The position numbers and the translations under genes were made by a program. A DNA stretch of 64,000 bases, taken from Thermoanaerobaculia bacterium. GTDB lineage: Bacteria; Acidobacteriota; Thermoanaerobaculia; UBA5066. Location of the stretch: NCBI GenBank assembly GCA_963816185.1, contig CAWFJJ010000008.1, positions 288,001 through 352,000 of the forward strand. The letters run 5' to 3'. Within the stretch, counting starts at the first letter, position 1; the number at the start of each line of letters is the position of its first letter. Below are positions 30,738 through 38,783 of this stretch, piece by piece. The notes beneath the pieces are model-generated. The model worked only from the letters and a program-made list of their open reading frames with translations, did not search any database and was not told where the DNA came from.

Positions 30738-30771
30738 TTGACAAGGATTTCGTCCTTGCTAGAGTAAGGAT
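30738..30771 (+). promoter_or_regulatory. Sigma70-type promoter and operator of the toxin-antitoxin operon
   Basis: TTGACA (30738)-16 bp-TAGAGT (30760) with TG extension; inverted repeat CAAGGA-N5-TCCTTG between the boxes; ATG 6 nt after the -10. Confidence 0.75.
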
Positions 30772-31062
30772 ATGTCGAAGGTCACGAGCAAGCTCCAGGT
30801 CACCGTTCCGAAAGTCATCGCGGAGCAGTATCGAATCCGGCCTGGCGACGAAATCAGCTGGAAGCCTGCCGGTGATGCCGTCCGCGTCGAAGTCGCCGGA
30901 CGGGAAGCGCGTCCGAAGCTCAGCATCGAACAACGACTCGTGCTGTTCGACGCCTCGACGGCCCGACAACAGAAGAGGAATCTGGTCTGGAAAGGTCGCC
31001 GGCCGCCTAAAGACCGCGGATGGAAACGCGAGGACCTCTATACCCGTGGCCTTCCTCGTTGA
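30772..31062 (+). CDS. AbrB/MazE/SpoVT family antitoxin
   Basis: SKVTSKLQVTVPK...IRPGDEI swapped-hairpin signature. Confidence 0.88.
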   Translation: MSKVTSKLQVTVPKVIAEQYRIRPGDEISWKPAGDAVRVEVAGREARPKLSIEQRLVLFDASTARQQKRNLVWKGRRPPKDRGWKREDLYTRGLPR

Positions 31063-31477
31063 CACGAACGTCCTTGTCTATCGGTTCGACTCGCGCGAAC
31101 CCGGCAAGCGCGAAATCGCTACGAAGATTCTGCGAAAAGGGGTTGCCGAAGACCAGGTGCGTCTGTCGCATCAGGCTATCGTGGAGTTTGTCTCGGCGGT
31201 TACGCGTCCGATCCGATCCGGGGCCGCTCTCCTCTCACACGACGACGCGCGCCGTGAGGCGGAAGACCTTCTGAGCCAGTTCGTCGTCCTCTATCCGAAC
31301 GAGGGCCTCATCCGCACGGCCCTTCGTGGCATGGCTGCCTACCGGCTCTCGTGGTACGACGCCCACATGTGGGCCTATGCCGAGACGAACGGCCTCGAGC
31401 AGATCCTTTCGGAGGACTTTCAGCATGGGCGGCTCTACGGATCCGTCCTGGCCGTGAACCCGTTTCTCCGGGCGTAA
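31046..31477 (+). CDS. vapC: PIN-domain toxin
   Basis: LVDTNVLVY, IVEF, SWYDA and SEDF; GTG start overlaps the antitoxin. Confidence 0.88.
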   Translation: MAFLVDTNVLVYRFDSREPGKREIATKILRKGVAEDQVRLSHQAIVEFVSAVTRPIRSGAALLSHDDARREAEDLLSQFVVLYPNEGLIRTALRGMAAYRLSWYDAHMWAYAETNGLEQILSEDFQHGRLYGSVLAVNPFLRA

Positions 31478-31489
31478 GCTTCCGCCTCC

Positions 31490-31999
31490 ATGAAACCCAT
31501 CGCCGGACGGGTGGTCGTGGCCGCCGACCACGGCGGCTACGCCCTGAAAGAAGCGATCAAGCGGCACCTCGTGTCGCGAGGCGTGGACGTTCTCGACGTC
31601 GGGACGAGCTCGACCGAAGCAGTCGATTATCCCGTCTTCGCGCGCGCGGCCGCCGAGGCCGTCGCCTCGGGACAGGTCGGACGTGGCATCGTCGTCGACG
31701 GTGCCGGCATCGGCTCGGCCATGGTCGCGAACAAGGTCGCCGGCGTCCGCGCCGGCATGGCCTTCGACCTCGCCACCGCGAAGAACGCCCGGGAGCACAA
31801 CGACGCGAACGTCCTGACGCTCGGCGCCGGGTATCTCGCCGAAGACCTCGCGCTCCAGATCGTGGACGTCTTCCTGTCGACCGAGTGCACCGCGGAGCGC
31901 CACCGGCGGCGAGTCGCTATGATCGACGCGATCGACGCCAGCCGCCGAAACGCGCCGGAGGGTTCGCTCCATCCGGCGACTTCGAGGAGCTCTCCGCCC
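31490..31999 (+). CDS. rpiB: RpiB/LacAB family sugar-phosphate isomerase (in frame with deoC, no stop between)
   Basis: [35 protein letters not shown] and RHRRRV. Confidence 0.9.
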
Positions 32000-32933
32000 A
32001 TGACCTCACCCGACTTCGATTCGCTCGTCGGCCGGATCACGCAGATCCTGGCGGCGAATCCCTCGCTCCTGGTCCCGCCCACCTGTGCGGGGTGCGCGGG
32101 TTGCGCGGCCGCCGGAGCCACGGAGTGTCCGGCGGGCGGGCATTGCGTGACCCGCTGTCCCGACACGGTCCGCTCGATGATCGCTTGCGTCGGGCCAGGG
32201 TGCCGAGTATCGGCTGCTCCCGGCGTCGGCGAGGTGCCCAAGGACCTCGCGAAGTTCATCGACCACACTCTTCTCCGCGCCGACGCCACATACACGGATA
32301 TCGACAAGCTCTGCGACGAGGCCGCCCAGTTCGGCTTCGCGTCGGTGTGCGTCAACCCCGTCTTCGTCAGGCGCTGCGCCGCCAGGCTGGCCGGCAGCTC
32401 CTCGGTCGTGTGCACCGTGGTCGGCTTTCCGCTCGGGGCCATCCCGAGGGAGATGAAGGCGCTCGAGGCGCGGCGCGCCGTCCGCGAGGGCGCGAGCGAG
32501 ATCGACATGGTCATCGCGATCGGGGCGCTCAAGTCGGGAGACCTAGTCGCACGTCGAAGAGGACATTCGCGCCGTGGCGGAAGCCGCCCACGACGGAGGC
32601 GCGATCCTCAAGGTGATCCTGGAGACATCGCTCCTGACGGACGAGGAGAAGGTAGCGGGCTGCGTCGCCGCCCGAAAGGCGCGCGCGGAGTTCGTGAAGA
32701 CCTCGACGGGGTTCTCCACCGGCGGCGCCACGGCGCGCGACGTCGAGCTCATGGCGCAGGCCGTCGACCGGAAGCTCGGCGTGAAGGCGTCGGGAGGAAT
32801 CCGTTCCGCCGAGGACGCGCAGAAGCTCATCGCCGCGGGAGCGACACGGATCGGAGCCTCGGTCGGCGTGAAGATCGTCAAGGAGGCGCGAGGCCTCGCC
32901 ACCGCCTCCGAAGAGACAAAAGGCGCTTACTGA
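32000..32933 (+). CDS. deoC: Deoxyribose-phosphate aldolase with N-terminal encapsulation-peptide-like helix and Cys-rich domain (frameshift near 32545)
   Basis: [47 protein letters not shown] and RIGAS. Confidence 0.9.
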
Positions 32934-33570
32934 TGGCGGACCTCCGGAGCTTCGTGACGCTCGACGCGATGCAGCCGCAGGTCGCGGCGTACATCGGAAC
33001 GATCGCCCGCGGCTTCCTTCCGGTCGCCTTCGAGGCCTCCCTCATCGTGGAGATCTCCCCGGGCATCGAGATCAACCGCGTCACCGACGTCGCCGTCAAG
33101 GCGACCGACGTGCGCCCCGGAATGCAGGTCGTCGAGCGGCTCTACGGGATGCTCGAGGTCCACAGCCCCTCGCAGGCCGAGGTCCGGCAGGCCGGCGCCG
33201 CCATCCTCGCCGCGCTCTCGCTGAACGAAGCCGACCGGATCAAGCCGCGCGTCCTCTCCTCGCAGGTCATCCGCCGCGTCGACGACTCTTCAGGCGCAGC
33301 TCATCAACCGTGACCGGCAGGGGATGATGCTCGTGGCCGGGCGAGTCGCTCTACATCCTGGAGGTCGAGCCCGCGGGCTACGCGGGGTTCGCGGCGAACG
33401 AGGCCGAGAAGGCCGCGGAGATCAACGTCGTGGACGTCCGGATGACCGGAGCCTTCGGGCGCGTCTACCTCGGAGGCGAGCAGCGCGACATCGACGTGGC
33501 CTCGGTCGCGGCCATCCGGGCGATCGAGTCCCTCACCGGGCGCGAGGCGCAGAAGAGCCGGAGGGACTGA
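32933..33570 (+). CDS. BMC shell protein, stacking tandem-domain trimer (BMC-Tdp, CcmP-like); frameshifts near 33288 and 33340
   Basis: [45 protein letters not shown] and AFGRVYL. Confidence 0.88.
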
Positions 33571-33575
33571 GGGCG

Positions 33576-34199
33576 GTGATCGACCTCCGAAGCTACGTCT
33601 TCCTCGACTCGCTCCAGGAGCAGCACGCGGCTTTCCTCGGGACGGTCGCGAAGGGATTCCTGCCCGTGGGCGGACAGGCGTCGCTCTTCATCGAGGTTTC
33701 GCCCGGGATCGCGATCAACCGGCTCACCGACATCGCGGTCAAGGCGACCTCCGTCACGCCCGGAATGCAGATCGTCGAGCGGCTCTACGGCCTGCTCGAG
33801 ATCCATCACGACGATCAGGCCGAGGTGCGCCGCGCGGGCGAAGCGATTCTCGGGGAGATCGGAAAGGCCGAAGGCGACCGGATCAAGCCCGAGATCCTCT
33901 CCTCGACCGTGATCCGGGGCCTCGACGACCGGCAGACGCAGCTCATCAACCGGACGCGCCACGGCCACATGATCGTGGCGCGGCAGTCGCTCTACATCCT
34001 GGAGTGCCAGCCGGCGGCGAACGCCGCGCTGGCGGCGAACGAGGCGGAGAAGGCCGCGCACATCAAGGTGCTGGAGATCGTCTCGTTCGGCTCGTTCGGC
34101 CGGGTCTACCTGGCGGGAGCCGACCGCGACATCGACGTGGCTCTGCCGGCGGCCGAGCGGGCGATCCAGGGCCTATCCGGACGCGCGGCAAAGTCGTAG
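33576..34199 (+). CDS. BMC shell protein, second BMC-Tdp
   Basis: [43 protein letters not shown] and SFGRVYL. Confidence 0.9.
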   Translation: MIDLRSYVFLDSLQEQHAAFLGTVAKGFLPVGGQASLFIEVSPGIAINRLTDIAVKATSVTPGMQIVERLYGLLEIHHDDQAEVRRAGEAILGEIGKAEGDRIKPEILSSTVIRGLDDRQTQLINRTRHGHMIVARQSLYILECQPAANAALAANEAEKAAHIKVLEIVSFGSFGRVYLAGADRDIDVALPAAERAIQGLSGRAAKS

Positions 34200-34258
34200 A
34201 ACACGTCATGGCGAGGAACTGACAACCCGAAGGCGGGGAGAGAACAGGAGGATCGGAG

Positions 34259-34578
34259 ATGGCCGAAGCACTGGGAATGATCGAGTGCCGCTCGTTCGCG
34301 GCGATGGTGGAGGCGGCCGACGCGATGGTGAAGGCCGCGAAGGTGGAGCTCGTCGAGCTACGAGAAGACGGGCGGAGGCTACGTCACCGCCATCATCCGC
34401 GGCGACGTGGCGGCCGTGAAGGCGGCCGTGGATGCGGGGCAGAACGGCGGCGTCTCGCGTCGGCGAGATCGTGACGACCCACATCATCGCCCGCCCGCAC
34501 GTGAACGTCGACCTCGTCCTTCCGCTCGGCCGCACGGCCGAGGCCGGGAAGGAGACCGGCGCGCACGTCAAGAAGTAG
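34259..34578 (+). CDS. BMC hexamer shell protein (BMC-H, EutM/PduA-like); frameshifts near 34355 and 34455
   Basis: [39 protein letters not shown] and HIIARPH. Confidence 0.9.
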
Positions 34579-34610
34579 GCGGATCACAGGCGTGGGGAGG
34601 CGGTGAGGCG

Positions 34611-34967
34611 ATGCTCCTGGCAAAAGTCGTCGGAACCGTGGTGGCGTCGCGGAAGGACCCCAAGATCGAGGGGCTCAAGTTCCTCCTGCTCCGGCAGGTG
34701 AACCCCGAGAACCTCAAGGAGGGTGGCTTCGTGGTCGCCAACGACGCCGTCGGCTGCGGCCTCGGGGAGTATGTCCTCTACGCGTCCGGCTCCTCCGCCC
34801 GCCAGACCGAGGTCACGAAGGACCGCCCCTGCGACGCGGTCATCATGGCGATCGTGGACACGTGGGAGATCGGCGGCCAGACGCTCTTCGAGAAGAACTC
34901 GTCCGAGCACGGGTACGGCGATGAGCGCCATCTAGCCCCGACGAGATCCGGCGCCTCGCCGAGCTGA
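34611..34967 (+). CDS. BMC pentamer vertex protein (BMC-P, EutN/CcmL family) 1
   Basis: [29 protein letters not shown] and DAVIMAIVD; true end may be near 34924. Confidence 0.9.
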   Translation: MLLAKVVGTVVASRKDPKIEGLKFLLLRQVNPENLKEGGFVVANDAVGCGLGEYVLYASGSSARQTEVTKDRPCDAVIMAIVDTWEIGGQTLFEKNSSEHGYGDERHLAPTRSGASPS

Positions 34968-36380
34968 TCGCCCGGGAGCTCGTGGCGGAAGGGAACGCGA
35001 GGCCCCTGCGCGCCGTTCGGCCCCGATCTCCCCGGCGACGGCGTCGGCCTCGGAGGCGGCGTTTTCTCGAAGCTCGACGACGCGGTCGCTGCGGCGTCGC
35101 GCCGCGTTCCGGGGCCTCGACGCGCTCGGCCTCGAGAAACGGCACGCGATCATCGAGTCGATGCGCGAGGCGATGCGCCAGAACGCGCGTTCCCTCGCGG
35201 CTCTTGCCGTCGAGGAGACGGGCCTCGGCCGCGTGGAGGACAAGGTCCAGAAGAACCTCCTCGTCACGAACAAGACTCCCGGCCCCGAGGAGCTCGCGCC
35301 GCAGGCCACCTCGGGGGATCACGGCCTCGCCCTCATCGAGCCCGCGCCATTCGGCGTCATCGGGGCGATCACTCCGGTCACGAATCCCTCGTCCACGATC
35401 ATCTGCAACTCCATCGGCATGGTGGCTGCGGGAAACACGGTCGTGTTCAACCCGCACCCTTCGGCCAAGAGAGTCTCCCAGGAGACGGTCCGTCTTCTCA
35501 ACGCGGCGATCGTCGGGGCCGGAGGGCCGCCGAACACGGTCTCCTGCACGGCCGAGCCGACGATTCAAATCCGCGGGCGAGCTGATGAAGCACCCGAGGA
35601 TCCGCCTCCTCGTCGTGACGGGGGGCGGCGCCGTCGTGGCCGCCGCGATGAACTCCGGCAAGAGGGCCATCTGCGCCGGACCCGGCAATCCGCCGGCCAT
35701 CGTCGACGGGACGGCCGACATCGAGAAGGCGGGACGCGACATCGTCTTCGGGCACTCGTTCGACAACAACGTCATCTGCACGGACGAGAAGGAAGTCATC
35801 GCCGTCGACTCCATCGCCGACGCGCTGAAGGGCGTGATGAAGAAGGCCGGGGCCTTCGAGCTTCCCGTCCGCGACCTCCCGCGCCTCGAGAACGTGATCT
35901 TCGAGAAAGGGGCGGGGCCGCGCGGCCACGCCGTGGTCAACAAGAAGTACATCGGCAAGGACGCGTCGGTGATTCTCAAGGAGCTCGGGATCACCGCCGG
36001 ACCCGAGGTGCGGACGCGTTCTCGTGGAAGTGCCGAACGAACACCCCCTCGTCTGGACCGAGCAGATGATGCCGGTCCTGCCGCTCACGCGCGTCAGGAA
36101 CGTGAACGACGCGATCGACCTCGCCGTCGCGGCCGAAGGGGCGTGCTTCCACACCGCCACGATGCACTCGCACGACATCGCGGCGCTTTCGGCGATGGCG
36201 CGCCGGTGCAACTGCTCGATCTTCGTGAAGAACGGCTCTAACCTGGCCGGTCTCGGGTACGGGGGCGAGGGCTACACCTCGTTCACGATCGCGTCGCCGA
36301 CGGGCGAAGGGATGACGAGCCCGCGCTCGTTCTCCCGCTGGCGCCGCTGCACGCTCGTCGATCATTTCCGGATCGTGTGA
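34921..36380 (+). CDS. CoA-acylating aldehyde dehydrogenase (EutE/PduP family) with N-terminal encapsulation peptide; about five frameshifts
   Basis: [15 protein letters not shown] helix; [40 protein letters not shown], catalytic FDNNVIC and [11 protein letters not shown]. Confidence 0.88.
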
Positions 36381-36381
36381 C

Positions 36382-36987
36382 GTGAAAAGCGAGAATCCCG
36401 GCCCCGCGCTCGCGATGCTCCTTGTCGACGAGGTTCCGCCGGGCCTCGCCGTTCTGGACGCGCTCGCGAAGGAAGCGGATGTGGACGTGCTCCAGACGGG
36501 CACGATCCACGGCGGCCGCTACCTGATTCTTTTCGGCGGCGAGGTCGGGCCCGTGGAGCGCTCGTGGCGCCGGGCTCTCGAGACCGCAGGCTCTCACGTC
36601 GTCGACGAGATGCTCCTCCCGCACGCCGAGTCTCGCCTCGCGCCCGCGATCGGGACGGGAGCGATCCGCTGGCCGGCGCCCGGCGACACCCTCGGCGTCC
36701 TTCAGGCCGCGACGCCTCCGGCCCTCGTCCGCGCCGTCGACGCGGCGCTCAAGGGGGCGCTCGTCGACCTCGTGGAGCTGCGCGTCGGGGACGGCCTCGG
36801 CGGGAAGGCCATCGCGAGCCTCTGGGGCGAGACGCACGACGTGGAGGCAGCAATCGCTCTCGCGCGGATCTCGTTCGAAAAAGCGGACGCTCAGGGCACT
36901 TCGACCGCGGTCATCCCACGAGCCGACACGGCCGTCCAGGAAACCCTCGGCTCGCCGAGCCGCTTCTTCAAGGAATTCCGCGGATGA
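36382..36987 (+). CDS. BMC shell protein, single-layer tandem-domain trimer (BMC-T, PduT-like)
   Basis: Two BMC repeats: PALAML...DALAKEA...GGRYLILFGG and TLGVL...DAALKGA...GLGGKA. Confidence 0.85.
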   Translation: MKSENPGPALAMLLVDEVPPGLAVLDALAKEADVDVLQTGTIHGGRYLILFGGEVGPVERSWRRALETAGSHVVDEMLLPHAESRLAPAIGTGAIRWPAPGDTLGVLQAATPPALVRAVDAALKGALVDLVELRVGDGLGGKAIASLWGETHDVEAAIALARISFEKADAQGTSTAVIPRADTAVQETLGSPSRFFKEFRG

Positions 36988-37271
36988 AACTCGGGAGGGT
37001 CATCGGCACGCTCGTCGCAACCGTGAAGCCGGACGCGATGAAAGGACTGAAGCTCCTCATCGTCCGGCCGCTCACGGCGGACCTCGCGGATGACGGCGAT
37101 CCGTTCGTCGCCACCGACGCCTCGGCGCAGGCCTCGTCCGGCGACCTCGTCACGTGGGAGGCGGCCCGCGAGGCAGCCCTCCTCCACGACCCGTGGTTCA
37201 TTCCGGTCGACCACGCCGTCGTCGGGATCGTGGACCAGCACGCCCTGGATAATCGGGAGCCGACGCGATGA
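36984..37271 (+). CDS. BMC pentamer vertex protein (BMC-P) 2
   Basis: MKLGRVIGTLVATVK, VATD, AREA and PVDHAVVGIVD. Confidence 0.9.
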   Translation: MKLGRVIGTLVATVKPDAMKGLKLLIVRPLTADLADDGDPFVATDASAQASSGDLVTWEAAREAALLHDPWFIPVDHAVVGIVDQHALDNREPTR

Positions 37272-37564
37272 TCCTCGGGCGCGTCCTCGGGACGGTTGTC
37301 AGCACCGTCCAGCATCCGTACTTCAACGGTCGAAAGCAGCTCCTCGTGGGCGCGGTCCTCCCGGACGGAACGCTCGACGGCACCCGGTACATCCTCGCGC
37401 TCGACATGGTCGGCGCCGGCGTGGGGGAGACCGTTCTCGTGGAGGACGAGGGGAACTCCGCGCGCCAGGTCCTCGGGGACCCGAAAGCGCCGGTGAGATC
37501 GCTCATCGTGGCGATCGTGGACGAGGTCGACGTGCCCGCTCCTGGCCGTGACCCAGGCCCGTAA
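37268..37564 (+). CDS. BMC pentamer vertex protein (BMC-P) 3
   Basis: MILGRVLGTVVST, ALDMVGAGVGE, EGNSARQ and IVAIVD. Confidence 0.9.
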   Translation: MILGRVLGTVVSTVQHPYFNGRKQLLVGAVLPDGTLDGTRYILALDMVGAGVGETVLVEDEGNSARQVLGDPKAPVRSLIVAIVDEVDVPAPGRDPGP

Positions 37565-37629
37565 AGACCCGTCACGTCGGAGACCCAAAGCGCGAGATAT
37601 GCGCAAACCCGCCCGAAGAGGAGGTTCAC

Positions 37630-38766
37630 ATGCCGCTCGCCATTTCCCGCCGCACGTTCGCCGGAACCCTCGGCGCCGCCGCCGGAGCTGCTTTGCTGGA
37701 CTCTCCGCTGGTTCGCCGTACGGCCGAGGCGGCGACCAAACGCCGTGAGCGGCCGGCCGACGCCATCCTCCTCAACGCGAACGAAAACCCGTACGGACCT
37801 TCCGCGAAAGCGCTCGAGGCCGCGGCGAAGGCGGCCCCGAACCGGTATCCCGACGGGCCCGAGGAGGAGGTCCGCGCGGCGATCGCGAGGCATCACGGCG
37901 CCCGACCGGAGCAGATTGTCCTCGGCTGCGGCTCCTCCGAGGTCCTGCGCATGGCGGACATGGCCTTCGGCGGCCCCGGCCGACGGGTCGTCGCCGCCGA
38001 GCCGACGTTCGAAGCGGTCCTCGTGTTCGCGAAGGTGCTCCACGCCGATGGCGTGAAGGTCCCCCTCACCCCCGACTTTCGCCACGACCTCCCGAGGATG
38101 GCACAGGCCTGCGACGCGTCGACAGGCCTGGTCTACGTATGCAACCCGAACAATCCGACCGGCACGATCGTCTCCGGCGACGAAATGGCGGCCTTCGCGG
38201 CGCGCGTCCCGGCGTCGGCGACGATCCTCGTCGACGAGGCCTATCACCACTTCGTGGAGGATCCGCGCTACCGCACCTCGTGCGGACTGATCACGGCACA
38301 CCCGAACGTGGTCGTGGCCCGCACGTTCTCGAAGATCTACGGGATGGCCGGCCTCCGGCTCGGGTACGCGATCGGCGCCGAGCCGAAGATCAAGGCGATG
38401 ACTCCCTTCGCGTCCTGGAGCAACACGAACTCGGCGGTGCTCGCCGCGGCTCTCGAATGTCTCGCCGATCCGGATCTCGTCCCGCGCCAGAAGAAGACCT
38501 TGAACGACACGCGGCGCTGGCTCGTCGCCGAGCTCGCGAAACAGGGCCGGCGCACGATGCCTTCCGAGACGAACTTCGTCATGATCGACGTGGGCAAGGA
38601 CGTCACTCCCGTCATCGAGGCGTTCCGAAGCCGGAAGATCCTCGTCGGGCGAAAGTTCCCGTCGCTCCCGAACTGGCTGCGGGTGAGCGTCGGAACACGG
38701 CCGCAGACGGAGGCGTTCGTCTCGGCGCTCGGTGAGATCGTCCCGGTGAGGGCAGCAGCGGCCTGA
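37630..38766 (+). CDS. PLP-dependent class I/II aminotransferase (HisC-like) with Tat signal
   Basis: SRRTF leader; NANENPYGP, NPNNPTG, DEAY and RTFSKIYGMAGLRLG. Confidence 0.9.
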   Translation: MPLAISRRTFAGTLGAAAGAALLDSPLVRRTAEAATKRRERPADAILLNANENPYGPSAKALEAAAKAAPNRYPDGPEEEVRAAIARHHGARPEQIVLGCGSSEVLRMADMAFGGPGRRVVAAEPTFEAVLVFAKVLHADGVKVPLTPDFRHDLPRMAQACDASTGLVYVCNPNNPTGTIVSGDEMAAFAARVPASATILVDEAYHHFVEDPRYRTSCGLITAHPNVVVARTFSKIYGMAGLRLGYAIGAEPKIKAMTPFASWSNTNSAVLAAALECLADPDLVPRQKKTLNDTRRWLVAELAKQGRRTMPSETNFVMIDVGKDVTPVIEAFRSRKILVGRKFPSLPNWLRVSVGTRPQTEAFVSALGEIVPVRAAAA

Positions 38767-38783
38767 CTCTGCGGGGGGACGAG

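Noticed and set aside
24431-31477. Prophage or genomic island bounded by the two toxin-antitoxin modules
   Set aside because: The genes between them include housekeeping aroF, carA and a LolC/E-like permease; no integrase, tRNA or att repeats
31490-33313. RpiB-DeoC-BMC shell triple fusion in the ORF track
   Set aside because: Caused by the frameshift near 32545; deoC has its own stop at 32931-32933 overlapping the BMC-T ATG
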